Of a stretch of DNA of 64,000 nt, positions 50,745-62,661 are shown piece after piece. The position numbers and the translations under genes were made by a program. The DNA comes from Phoronis australis (lineage: Eukaryota > Animalia > Phoronida): contig NMRA01000615.1 of NCBI GenBank assembly GCA_002633005.1, positions 124,001-188,000 of the forward strand, read 5' to 3'. Under the pieces are notes generated by a model that was given only the letters and a program-made list of their open reading frames with translations, was not told the DNA's origin and did no database searches. The first letter of the stretch is position 1. Each line of letters opens with the position of its first letter.

Positions 50745-50936
50745 TTAGCGTTGACCATTTCGCTGAAACTCGCTGACGACAGGAGCGCCTTCTATCACCG
50801 TTGCTACATGTTGCTGTCCCAGAATCTCCACCTCTACTTTGGTCCCTGGTGTTTGCAGTTCCACCGGAAGGAAACCGAAGCACATGCTCTTGTTGACTTG
50901 GTATCCAAACGCACCTGAAGTCGTGTGACCGACAAC
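50745..50936 (-). CDS. DMGDH: DMGDH terminal exon ([12 protein letters not shown]...[10 protein letters not shown]...RNGQR*)
   Basis: tatag acceptor, 192 nt to TAA; GcvT C-terminal barrel motifs. Confidence 0.92.
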   Translation of the reverse strand, partial: VVGHTTSGAFGYQVNKSMCFGFLPVELQTPGTKVEVEILGQQHVATVIEGAPVVSEFQRNGQR

Positions 50937-53900
50937 CTATATTTTGATGAAAGAAAAAAATCGAAATTCGAAGACCTTTCGTCAAAAAATGAGCAGTTAA
51001 GACCAATGAATGTATTAGATAATCCTCAATGTGAAAGTTGTTCTTAACAGTTATTTTGGTTAAGCGTATGGTCGCCCGTACTAGAGACCACGATGTTCTT
51101 CCCGTGTTGACAAATGGCTCCGCACCCTCACTGACAACTCTACATTAAAATACCGGTATGAGATACGTCTGTTAAAGCAGACTTTTAGAGGAATCATCAA
51201 CGAGGACCCTGCGCAACGGTTGGACCTTTTTGATCCTCACTGAACATAAACTGTTCTCTACCAAAAAATTGTATTTGAGACGGAAGACCATCTAGGTCGG
51301 GGAGCAACTTAACTTAAATGGGAATGAGAGTATACGATCCGACGCGATAAGAAAATCCGAATAGTTGACAAGAAGGTAAAAACCATCGATGAAGGAGGAT
51401 GCACATTCTTGTGAAGACAATGACTACAAATGCAAAGCTACAAACCTTGGAGCCGACCCATATAGTCTCGTATCCTTCTACATCAACATCTATCGTTTCC
51501 ACCGTCATCAAAGCCAACTTTCGTTTGACACCGTTTTTCTTTATTTCACGTAGAGCTGATTTGCCCACATACTCCGTATCCTGAAAAAACAACCGACGTA
51601 AGAGGTCGCGCGACGGAAATGTTTAATTTCACTTTTGCCTACTGCGAAATGAGCCATTGCTTCATGAATATAAGGAAAAGGTGCGAACTGGGGACAAAAG
51701 GTTGTACTTGGAGTTTGCCGTTACTCTACCATTGACAAAAGTATGATTTTTTAAAATAAATTATTCTTACTATTTGCTACACTCACCTTTTCAAAGTTGG
51801 TAAACATTTCCAAACCTGCTTCGAAAGGATTCGTATCCACACTGATCTACAATATGCAGGGCAGTGCTTCATACATACAGGTAAAATGAGATGAAATTCA
51901 GTATTTGCCACAGATGGTTAAAAACATCAAACTGTAAAGACCCAGTAAACGATTTTCAGTTGAATTCGCAAACTGACTATATTGTGTCGAAGAAAAGAAT
52001 TTTCAATTTAATCTCTGGTTTCACAACAACAACAAACACTAAAGGCCCACATGACTTGGTATATATCGTAGATATCACCGATTAAGGAATGGTTCATCGA
52101 GTTGCCGGAAACTGACGGTAGCTCTCGCGCATGCATGCGCTTATCAAAGAAAACTTCCCAGCGTATCACGCAATAATTGGAACGACACCAGCCTCGTGTA
52201 ACTGGATTGCTGTCTGAAGTCTAAAGCAACGGTAGCTCACCTCTCTGCCCCAGGCACGAAATCCCTTCTCAAGCCGCAAAGAATTTACAGCGTATGTTCC
52301 AAAGTTCCCAATCTCGACATCTCTTCCAGCGTCCATTAGCGCGTCATACAACCGGGCTGTCTCGGATGGCGCATGGTAGAGCTCCCACCCAAGTTCTCCT
52401 AGAGAATCGCAAGTAAACAAATATAATTATAGAAGTGGTGGAAACAATGTCAGTAAGAAAGAAGTTTACTGTGCAATGTTCAATCTTTGTTCAAATCATA
52501 TCATCCAGAAAAGCTGACTCGATCAAGACACGTGTCAAAGTTTAGTTGACCACCTGGACTCTACGGCCCCTCCATCGAAGTGACTTTATTTGGAACTCTG
52601 GAAGCGTTCCGTAGACCAGGTATCTTGCGAGATCACGCAAGACCACGCAAAATAGTGACTATTGAAGAGATTAGGTGGCACTGAATAGTTAGGCTGCGGT
52701 CGCAGCCAATTTGAACTCCTAAAGTATTAAACTCTAGGGGTGGACCAGGCTTGGGGGCATTTTTAGTTAGGTATTGTATGCAGGCCAAGTGAATGTGTTT
52801 TTTTGTGTATTTGTGAACATGCTGAGAATGAAAAAGGCCAATGTAGCTGCACTCTTCTTCAAGATGGTGGCCCCGTGTTGAAATTGTGCATTGCTGTGTT
52901 GCAACTGAGAAATTGGCCGCGATTTCAGTTAGCCCTCAAACAAGCCAGATTTGCAAAAAGACTAGTTGGTTGACAGTACTTTTGGACCACATTTTTGGAA
53001 TCGGTAGGAAATTTGCTTTCGGAATCTAATGTTGGCTTTAGTCAAGCATCGACAGGGAAGTGGTGTTTTTGGGGTGAAAAGTGCTGATTTTGCATTTTTG
53101 CACTTATTTTTCTTAGTTCAGCTTTATTCCACTGGGGGTGAAAGGGTCAAAAATACAAAAGAGAATAAAGTTGCTGTGTTCATCTGTAGGGCTTGTGATG
53201 TGAAATGACTCAAAACATTTCTTTATTTACATGCAGTTTTTGACAGAGTGAAGAAAGGGTGAAGAGTGCATTGACGTGTGTTCTGATAGGCAAACCCCTG
53301 TGAGAACTGTTCAGTGCCTCCTTAGTCGGTGAGGTTTGGATGTTGAATTATGGGATAAAATTCATGAATTACGGGATAGACATCACAGTTTCCGTACGTT
53401 CAATAAACGAAGACTTTTCGCCGCAAGTGCAAGCAAATGTCTTAGTCTACGGAACGCAGCCCTGTAAACAAACTTTGTAATCAATTTTTTGAAATAAAAA
53501 AATTACGTGGCCAACCTCAAACTTGCTTCTAGGCTTCCTCTGTTTAGTTTCACAAGCAGTACAACAGGAGCTAAGAACTCGTTTCAGTTGCTATAACTAC
53601 CGGTAGATGACGATCGTATGGCGGTAACTTCCACTCCGCTCACTAAATCCAATTTCTTCGCTTGCAGAAAAGCAAAATCATTATTTGCTAAGCTCTCGGA
53701 AGTCAGATTCTGCAGCACGTCACGTGATCTTGGCCCTGCAATGCCGAGGCAAGCTATATCGTCTGACACTCTTTCAATCATGACGTCACAGCCCAACTCA
53801 ACAGCTTTCATTTGCATCCACCTACCGAGATAAAAATTAAAAATAACAAACGTGGATGAGGTCGCTGACGAAGACATAACTCTGACAAAGACCAATGTTG

Positions 53901-55448
53901 TTATAACTCTCAGACGACAGCGAAGCCAGTAACATGACATGATGATGAAATTGACGTACACGATGACGTTGGTGAAGATGATGATGATGACGCCTCGTGC
54001 TGACGTCGATGACGACAGCAATGGTGAAGAATATCCAATTACCCAATGCAACACATGGGATAGTAGCGTAATTTACTGTAGTACATGCTTCCCTATCCAT
54101 TATTACAACATGTCAGCAAGCTGCCAAAAGAGCATCCATTCTACGGCTATCACGACTGTCGCCAAAATGTATTGCTGAACAGGTCCTTGTAGGCTATGGG
54201 TTCGCCTACAAAATCTCTAGTACAAGCGTACGTATTTTCATCCTCGGGTTTACGCCCTAAAAGATATATCGCCCAAGCGCTCTACTTACCTGTAGTCATG
54301 ATACTCGGATGCCGCTCCCGTGACGCAAAAGTATTCGTCCTCATGTAATCGTGTGACTGCTAATTCGGAAATAACTTTACCGGAAGGAGTCAACATGTGA
54401 CCTACCGCTGTAGCGCTGACCTGTTTCAAGCAAATGGAATTTAACAGATCAGGACAGACACGACTTCACCCATGAACATGAATCGGAGCTTCTAACTAAG
54501 AGAAGCGTCAGCTAAGCTGAGGACATGAATTTCGTGCATTTGGATAGAGTTCCGTAGACCACAAAACTCTAGCTCGTGCGCTTGCGGTGAAATATCATCA
54601 CTATTCCAAAGAAAAGAGTGAAATACTTAAATCCCCTTAATCATTACTTGTATCCCATAAATTCAGCACCGATCAATCACTTCAGTGGCCGCCATTTTAC
54701 TGGGACAGTCCAGCGTACTCGAGAAACACCCGCTTTTCAATCGCTTGATTTGGCAAGTTTTTGTGAAAAGTTGCTTTTTAAGCAAAATCAAGGTCTACGG
54801 AGCGCTCTCCTGGTTCTTAGAAGTAGCTAGCACTAACACAACTGTCGTCATTTTAGGATCCATGCCTCGACCTGATTTTATCGTGTGAACACTTGCTTAG
54901 TGGCAAAGGTATTGGAAGCATTTCAACGAATAGATCATCCACATTGGAAAACTTGGCCAAAGCCACAACCAATACCAACTACAAATGATGTGATGTTGAC
55001 AACGTATCACTAAAAGGAAAAACAAGCCTAGTACATTTTGCTACTTTGTACAAACCTTTGGCAAAGGGTTAGCGACAATCTTATCAACGAATGTTGTGGC
55101 GTCTTTTCCTTTTACGACAATCTTGCCCGATGGAGTTAAGTCAATGATTCCAACTTTCTCCAGAACCATTCTACACTCACGTCCAACTGGCTCAAACCAG
55201 TTCGTTCGACGGAAACTCGGTTTATACCCTGTCTCGTCACCACTCATGGCGAACCACGTTGGCTGTTCCCAGCCTAAAACACAACAAAGGCAACAGACAT
55301 TTTTAAGCTCTTATGCACCGTCCAGAAATTTGAACGCGCAGAATATGCCCTTCGCCCCAACTTTCACATTTGTAGGTTAAGCATTGCCATTCACCAAGGA
55401 CACACTGTTTCAAACTGCTACTTCTACTGCAGCTACTGCTACTGGTAG

Positions 55449-55501
<53 letters not shown>

Positions 55502-58500
55502 TTGTTGCCGCCGCTGCCGCTGCAGCTGCTACTGTTGCTGCTACTACGGGTGGTGACGGGTACTGATAAAAAAAACGCGAAGACATTGACGCTATTAACA
55601 ATGGCAACGACAACGACGGTGACCATGGTGACGACATCAAAGAAGATGACGATGAGTACCATGGCGACAGTAACAAAGACGAAGAAACAACAAAGAGGAT
55701 GACGACATCAACAAGAGTTATGATCATGACGACGACAACTGTGACAAATAGTATGGAGATAACCAAATCGGCTCCTCAAATCTTACTACGTTTCTAGATT
55801 TCAAATTTAATTAAGCGAAGTATTACGTGACGCCAAGATGTTCCCTCAGTCCTTAATATACTCCCTGAAATTTTTCAAGTTGCATCTACTTAGTCCTGTA
55901 GGCTCACCTGTGCAGAAGCCAAATTGAGCACCAGCGTCTTTCAATTTTTGATAGATACCGTTCACCCTTGCAGTTGGACGTCCGGCCCATCGTTCTTGTT
56001 TGGGATAGACCACATCGAGGAGGCAGTCGTAGGTCTCGCGCACCTTTTCCATCACAAAATCTCTGTAAAACACGTTGTTTCTTTCTCACGACAAAGTTTA
56101 TGTCTCACTAATTATTTATTTTTACTTAGCGCGCTGTTTGAAGAGCTTTGTGGAGGTGCAGTTAAAGACGGCGACAAATATTGCAATTTAATAGTCCAGT
56201 GGGCATTGCAGAAATTATTTAGTGGGGGAGATGTAAAGTATAGCCGGAAGGACACCTTATGGCATGCTGGAATAAAGGGTCCTTCTCTATAGTCCGGTTC
56301 TCAAGTCCGAAGGGTCCATAGTCCGAAGGCTCTAAATTCCTAAGTCCGAAAGTTCGACAGTCTGAAAACAAAGCTCTAGGTCCCTTAAGTCCCAGGGTGC
56401 CATAGTCACAAATTCCTATAGTCCGAAGGTTCAACTCGCTGGTTCCCTGCGTGCCGCTGGCTGGGCTAAGCACGCAGGGAACCAGCGAGAAGGTTCAATA
56501 GCCGGTTCTATGTAACCTAGTGGCTTCGGATCATTGATACTTCGGACTGAATAGACACATGTACAATTTTAGTAGGATTGTCGGACTATGGAGCCTTCGA
56601 ACTTTTGAGCCTCAGACTATGAAGCCTTTTTGCTAACATTTTTGAAATAGTTCAGACCAACCCACCTTCGGACAATAAATCCTCGGAGTATAGAATTGCA
56701 AACGTAATGAAGGGGAACGATACTTTAATAAACATGTTTTCTGATGAATTCATGCGTTGTTTACAGCAATGCTAGCAAGACTTAAAGAAGACAGCGTTAG
56801 AGTTCAATAGCTGTCTCACGACTAGAAAAATCTCATTTAAAATACATGACAATATCTCACATAATCTCGCGAAGTCATGCTCTTTAGCGAGGTCCTACGG
56901 TAGGTCTTGCATTACAGAGCTCTACCCAGTTGTATTTATCCGCACTTCCGTTGGCATCATGGTGCTAGCCCTTTGTTGCACAACGAAAAGTCAGCTAAGG
57001 TTGGTAACATATCACGCTAGTTTGTACGTGCATGGGTGTAGAACTTGTGCTAGACTAGTACCTACCCAGTGACAAGACGGCTTCGATCTATTCTGGTTCG
57101 TGACTGGTCAAAGAATTTACAACGAGAGCAGGCCCTCCTAACAAAGGCACAGAATTGTTCCCAAGTCAACATAATTGTCTTTTACTCTCAGCCTATTGAG
57201 CTCACGTGACTTTCCAAATAAGAAAGTCAATACAGTTAAAAAAAACTTGACAGCACGCTGAAGGCTGGAACAAGCCTAACAGTTGCTAGTTTATGCGACA
57301 ATCCGGTGATTTCTGTCCCACTTTTTGCTAAGTTTGGAAACCCCCAAGTGATCGGTTAGTATCCTTTGTTATCGTTTTCACAGGAGAAAAGTCACAGTGG
57401 AATCAAAACCTCACGTACCCAATGTCCCTGGCAAGACCTATGTTGAACCGTCATGACTCAACAAGTAATATTTAGCAAAAACTGAATACCGTGTAAACGC
57501 TAACAATAAGAAACACCATCTTACATTCCACACCATTGGCCACATCTGGCCGGGTCACTCTCCATCAGCTCAAATGGTGGCTCGCCATTCACGATCCAGT
57601 CAGCTAAATATTTCCCAAATCCACCAGCTTGCGCGACTCCGTACCTGAGTTATATTAGAAAACATTCAATTTTCAAAAAATGAACTGAAAGACAACACAA
57701 ATGGGGGGACCTAGGATGCGATAAATAGGTGGGAGGGGACTCAACCACGATTTAGGAACTGGGGAAATGTCCGCTTGGTCGTGATCGTAGGGATGCCTGG
57801 CACCACACAATAAGTCCGCCTATGTTGTCGTGTGGTGCCAGAGTTCTTTATGCCCAAGCGCGTTGAAGTATCTTTGACGGAGAATTCAGTTTCAACAACT
57901 TACTATTTCAAATGAATCATTATTATTAAAATCAGTTGTGGGGCCAACCATATTAATATACATGTAGAGGCCCGCTCTTCGGTCATCTTCGGGCGTTGCC
58001 GCCTATATTCGTACTCTATAAGGGGCACACTCGAAGGTGGGCAAAGAGCTGGGCGCTCGTTATTAATTTACAAGACCACACATTTAAAGCTCGAATTTAA
58101 CTTTCTTGATTATGTCAAATTATAAGAATATCTTATTTAAAATAAGTTATTTTTCGTATTACAAGGATACTGTCGTCGACTAACACCCAATCCATTTTAC
58201 CACGGAACATTTTAACAGCATACTCGCTGTTTAACAGGGTGTCACCTAGGGATTTTGAAGCACAAATTGTTATTTCCGGAATAAGATTAAAATCCCTAAC
58301 GCATAATTTTCGTCACTGACAAGATTTCCTAGGAGTAAGCATACATGTTAATCAGTGATAATTTCCGAATCTACGTCATACCTATACAAGAGCTCGATTG
58401 CTGGCATTATTAATACATTTCGATATACTTTACCCGGTAACTGTGGCAACCCAGTAGTTATGGTGATCCCATAAAGGCCCCAGCGTCGGAATGCCATCCA

Positions 58501-61500
58501 TCGTGAGTGTTAATGGTCCATTCACCACAGTCTGTAAACTGGCGTCTCGTAGGCAAGGCATTCTATTCATCGCCAGCTCCAAGCTTTCATATATGCGGTC
58601 AATGTCGGGCTGGAATAGTTCTTTGCCGAAATCTGGAAGAAACAAACCATAAGCAGTCTAGCTTTCACCTACCGGGAATTTTCGAAAACAGACCCAAGAG
58701 TGGGTATTCCGACCTTTCAAAAACATCTAAGGAAATGAAATACGCGCTCGATCGTATTTTCGCCAATGGGAAGAGTGGGGGTGAATTTCCAGAAACTGTG
58801 TCAAGGAATTTAGTATGCAGTTTTAAAGCAAACAATGTTTCATTAATTATTCATTGGTGAATGGTTTCAAACTACGTTAATACGGTTAGTTAGTGCCAAC
58901 AAAGTCACTCAATATCCTATTAAAGGACAAGCATTTGATTGAAATCGGGATCCCAAAATACAATGCCAAAATAAACAAAATTGTAGATCAAATCATAATA
59001 GATACAAATGTATATACATTGGACGTTCGATACCTGGCGGCACGCCATCCCTTGCCCAACTTTCACACAACTGCAGCTTGTCTCCGCTCTCCCAAGGACC
59101 AATGAGCAGACCTTGCCTCTCCGCACGCGCATAATACGAAGAGTCCAAATCTCGTATAACGGGGATCTCGGTTTCCATGTTACCCAATTCTGGTATGGAT
59201 GACGTCACGACATATTGATGTTCTATCGGTAATACCGGGAGGTCAATACCGGCTAGACCCGCCACCTCTCGGGCGTGGAACCCTGAAAAAAGACGAGGCC
59301 ACCACATTGCAGACGCGGATCCGAGGAGAAGCACAGTGGACGCGGACCCCCGTCTCAGTCGCTTTTACGTTGCTGCAAGTCCTGGATCTCACTGCGCTGT
59401 CATATTTCAGCCAGACAACAAATGAACATGTTTTATTCTTAATGTTCAACAAAAACAGGCAACGGACAAGGTTTACTTTGTCTTAACCATTTTAAAAATA
59501 TGTGATGCGTTTTGTAAATCGAAAGATATCCCTAAATCAGTATTATTATAAATGCTAACTACGGCTCGTAGGTAGTTGTTTTTCTTCCTGCAAATGTTAG
59601 ATTTATAAAAAGCGGAAGCTCGATTTGATTCACTTCGGCGTCCATTTTGTAGATAAACAACCGACCAGAAAATCAAAAATGCCTATTTCAAATCATTTTC
59701 TATTTTCCTCGACTGATGACATGTTTGAAGTACACCATTTGGAAACAAACGTAAGTTCGTTTCGACTTATTCAAATAAACTGATGCGTAAATATTATCGA
59801 CATTATAGAAAAGACGGGGGCGTCTTCTTCAACTGTTGATTTAGACCACTTATGGTTAAGGTACTGGTATCACCTTTTTCTTTACTCGAATTAGAACTAA
59901 TTTATAAACTTGACAAGAACTGATCGATCCTTACTACTTCACAACAGGCTAGTACTGTAGTTATCGTCAGCTTAGTGTCTGTGGTGAAGACAATATGGTC
60001 GTCACAGAAATTCAGACGATTTATGATACATAATCAATTCAAATAAAAAAGAACGTGGCGACATTAGAAGAACAAAAACACACTGATGCAAAGAATGATG
60101 GTGTTTCGTTAACATTAGAACAAGCTAGACTGACGGAAGGTTGAATCGCAGCTCCGTTACTGGCAACATTTTTCGACCTTTCACAGACTCTGTTACAGTA
60201 GAAAAAAACACACGATATTTCTTAATATACCAGTTGGGAAATTATGGGGACATGGTACCTGCAGCGTTGATCACGTGCTTTGTGACAATAGTTCCTTTGT
60301 CAGTGATAACATTCCATTGGCCATCAGCCCTCTGTATTGTAGCAGTGACCTTGGTTGGCATGACAATGTCTGCTCCATGGTTACGGGCGCCAATAGCCAA
60401 GGCTTGAGTCACGGAGTACGGATCGATGTAACCATCGTCTGGAGTGTGGAGGCCGGCGAGAATCTAAAAAATTATGTTTGATATTGAATAAAACTACAAA
60501 ACACCAAAAGGCGAATGATCAGACGATGGGTGTCGTATAGTGCAGGTGCTCAAAATAAGAGAAATGTGCTAGCTGAGAAAAAATATATCGTACCTTATCC
60601 ATATTCAGTATTGGCGCCTTTTGACGTATCTCGTCTGGTGTGAGTATCCATTGGCGTGCTTGGTGCCAACCGTGTCGCGACATTTGATATCGAAACTCGT
60701 CAACACGTTCAGGTGTCGTAGCTAGACGAATACTGCCGACTTTGTGAAAACCTACGTTCTGAAACAATTTAAACAAGTTCATCAACAGTTCTTGAAATAA
60801 CCCTTGCTCTCAGTCATTTACGTTGACAGTGACATAATGAAGGCGTCCGTAATTTATGAATAAAATTTTCTGGAAACCATTGTTCAGCCACATTTCTTCC
60901 TCGGAAATGTTCGTTACTTGAAAAGACCAAGAATTTGTTCGTGTTAGGTCCAAAGCCGAGGAACGATTTTTATTTTGTTGGTCGTGCCCCAAACAAGCGT
61001 TTAGGATCCTCTAAAACCGCCTATGTAATGGGGGCTTATAGTGGCTTTGTACAGATATATCTTGCTCTTCCATATTGCTGAAGAAGACAGCTTCTGTATG
61101 CCATTGAAATTTAAGATTAAGGGTCCTCGCACGCGCTTGGAAAATGTATCCTTGAGTACAAACCTGTCCCGTTTCTTCCTCCAGCTGGTTGTACAGTTGA
61201 AGGCTGTATTCATGGATCTTCTTCATATTCACTCCGGAGTTAAAGAGTGTCGTCAGTCCGGCCTAGAAGAACACTGTTACACACAGTCTGAACGCAAAAG
61301 AAATAAGCGGTGTAGGAACTGACCACATTCCTACAAAGTATCTGAAAGATGTCGGTAATTTTACACAATTCAGACAAAGTACATGTAGGTGTGATAACCG
61401 GGCTAAATTGTACACCGGACTGTAAGAACAGCACCACTAGAATTCCTGATCTTCCGGGTCACACCTCTCATCACCATAAAGACACAAAGGACACATGTCC

Positions 61501-62194
61501 TTGCCAATAATGATCATAGCTGTGCTCGAATATCTGGAATTATGTTAATGTTGCTCTAACCCTTTGCGTCCCTTAGTGTTTTTGTGTGCTGACTTAAGGC
61601 CAGTTATTGCTAAGCCAGAAGCGTCTTTCTCGAGACGGAGAGTGTTAGTTTGGGACTGAAGTTCGTCATATTTGACAAAATTCATCACAAGGAAACGACT
61701 GCTATCTCGATGCATTAATCTGCACGTTATTAACGCTATCATGTTGACAGGCGTTTTTCAAGTAACCTACACCCTTTCACACCGAAACAAGCGTCCCACC
61801 TGAATGCGCCACGCGTTTCAGCTGGTAACACCGCATTTCTACATTGTCAGCAAGTAGTGACACTCGAGGCTCTGGCTGCGTTCCGCAAACGCAATACTCT
61901 TGCTACTGAAGCTACAGTGATCACGTGCTTCGCCTGTATTGCATGGTGACATCTCGGGGGTAATTCACGGTAATCTTGTGTTTTAGCGAGTGTCTCGCGT
62001 CTACGCAACACAGCCAGACTGTTGAACATACAGCATGCCATGTGGAACCAGAGGTCAGTTCTAGCTTCTCCAGCAGCACCACATCCTTCACGCCCGCCTT
62101 CGCCAGGTGGTACGCGATGCTACAGCCCATGACACCGCCGCCAATCACTACGGTGTCGGCGGCGTCCTTCCAGTGTTTTTTCTGGCCGTGATGG
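50745..62194 (-). CDS. DMGDH: Dimethylglycine dehydrogenase-like (mitochondrial flavoprotein, DAO + GcvT domains); join(62194..62032,61262..61164,60758..60594,60463..60259,59282..59034,58632..58434,57644..57525,56062..55908,55273..55056,54420..54290,53821..53601,52398..52241,51846..51787,51580..51446,50936..50745)
   Basis: IGGGVMG FAD motif, GSTWHAAG covalent-flavin His, [50 protein letters not shown]; 15 exons, 2470 nt, all phases consistent. Confidence 0.93.
51446..51580 (-). CDS. DMGDH: DMGDH exon ([10 protein letters not shown]...ETIWVGSK)
   Basis: ttcag / gtttgt, 135 nt. Confidence 0.92.
51787..51846 (-). CDS. DMGDH: DMGDH exon ([20 protein letters not shown])
   Basis: tgtag / gtgagt, 60 nt. 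Confidence 0.9.
52241..52398 (-). CDS. DMGDH: DMGDH exon (GELGWELYH...[13 protein letters not shown])
   Basis: tctag / gtgagc, 158 nt. Confidence 0.93.
52604..53457. mobile_element. MITE with GCGTTCCGTAGAC TIRs, interrupted by a Harbinger-like MITE
   Basis: GCGTTCCGTAGAC at 52604 and GTCTACGGAACGC ending 53457. Confidence 0.7.
52674..53321. mobile_element. PIF/Harbinger-like MITE (TTA TSD)
   Basis: TIRs GGTGGCACTGAATAGTT / AACTGTTCAGTGCCTCC; TTA at 52671-52673 and 53322-53324. Confidence 0.8.
53601..53821 (-). CDS. DMGDH: DMGDH exon (WMQMK...[12 protein letters not shown]...AIRSSST)
   Basis: ggtag / gtagtt, 221 nt. Confidence 0.9.
54290..54420 (-). CDS. DMGDH: DMGDH exon ([14 protein letters not shown]...SEYHDYR)
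   Basis: aacag / gtaagt, 131 nt; manual translation. Confidence 0.9.
54546..54808. mobile_element. Second MITE of the TTCCGTAGACC family
   Basis: AGAGTTCCGTAGACC ... GGTCTACGGAGCGCTCT. Confidence 0.65.
55056..55273 (-). CDS. DMGDH: DMGDH exon (WEQPTWF...SFRRTNWF...ANPLPK)
   Basis: tttag / gtttgt, 218 nt. Confidence 0.92.
55410..55560. repeat. (CAG)n trinucleotide repeat (~17 units, 55451-55500) with degenerate GCN flanks, in DMGDH intron
   Basis: Direct reading. Confidence 0.95.
55908..56062 (-). CDS. DMGDH: DMGDH exon ([11 protein letters not shown]...ERWAGRPT...FGFCT)
   Basis: tacag / gtgagc, 155 nt. Confidence 0.9.
56285..56695. mobile_element. Foldback-like element made of ATAGTCCGAAGG repeats (left arm) and CCTTCGGACTAT repeats (right arm)
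   Basis: Repeated GTCCGAAG in 56290-56430 and inverted TTCGGAC(T) in 56525-56690. Confidence 0.6.
56435..56489. mobile_element. 55-bp micro-MITE, perfect 20-bp TIRs, 9-bp TSD
   Basis: CTCGCTGGTTCCCTGCGTGC - 15 nt - GCACGCAGGGAACCAGCGAG; AAGGTTCAA at 56426-56434 and 56490-56498. Confidence 0.85.
57525..57644 (-). CDS. DMGDH: DMGDH exon ([33 protein letters not shown])
   Basis: ctcag / gtaaga, 120 nt; manual translation. Confidence 0.9.
58434..58632 (-). CDS. DMGDH: DMGDH exon (FGKELFQPD...NYWVATVT)
   Basis: tccag / gtaaag, 199 nt. Confidence 0.92.
59034..59282 (-). CDS. DMGDH: DMGDH exon (GFHAREVA...EHQYVVT...DGVPP)
   Basis: ttcag / gtatcg, 249 nt. Confidence 0.93.
60259..60463 (-). CDS. 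DMGDH: DMGDH exon ([17 protein letters not shown]...VINAA)
   Basis: tttag / gtacca, 205 nt; manual translation. Confidence 0.92.
60594..60758 (-). CDS. DMGDH: DMGDH exon ([15 protein letters not shown]...LNMDK)
   Basis: ttcag / gtacga, 165 nt. Confidence 0.93.
61164..61262 (-). CDS. DMGDH: DMGDH exon ([10 protein letters not shown]...EEETGQ)
   Basis: tctag / gtttgt, 99 nt. Confidence 0.92.
62032..62194 (-). CDS. DMGDH: DMGDH exon ([13 protein letters not shown]...GSTWHA)
   Basis: tttcag / gtatgt. Confidence 0.93.
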
Positions 62195-62579
62195 CTGAAA
62201 TGGGAACCAGTACAGCATTGAGAAAGTCATTTCTTCAGGGGAACCTCGGTGCACTACAAGAACATTATCATCTTGGTTGATGTGACCTAATAACATGTTG
62301 ACGGCAAGCGACATCATCAATCTTGGAACACTTCTTTCCATCATTTTTGCTCAGTGATAAGCAATCACCAGAAATTATCACAATTGATAATAAACTCGCA
62401 TAAAAATATTCCAACTATTAGTAAAGCATCACGTCATTCTTATGAATTTATAGAAATAGCTGAGATAAATTCACGCGAAAAAAAACTTCACAATGGTCTA
62501 CGTATATCATCTGCCTGCTTATGACGACTTATTTTGGACTACGGATGAATAGGCAGATAGAAAAGTTTTGGTTTCTCCC

Positions 62580-62661
62580 CCTTCATCAAATTTGCACATA
62601 AGAAACTGTCTGACTGTTTTCTCGCCTTCATCAAATTTGCACATAAGAAACTGTCTGACTG
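62580..62661. repeat. Two-copy direct repeat CCTTCATCAAATTTGCACATAAGAAACTGTCTGACTG (~46-bp period)
   Basis: Direct reading. Confidence 0.85.

Noticed and set aside
50662-51006. 114-aa minus-strand ORF from the track
   Set aside because: Wrong frame; the real coding frame is the DMGDH terminal exon 50936..50745.
55303-55766. Poly-Ala/poly-Cys/poly-Ser ORFs
   Set aside because: Products of the CAG and GAY simple repeats in a DMGDH intron.
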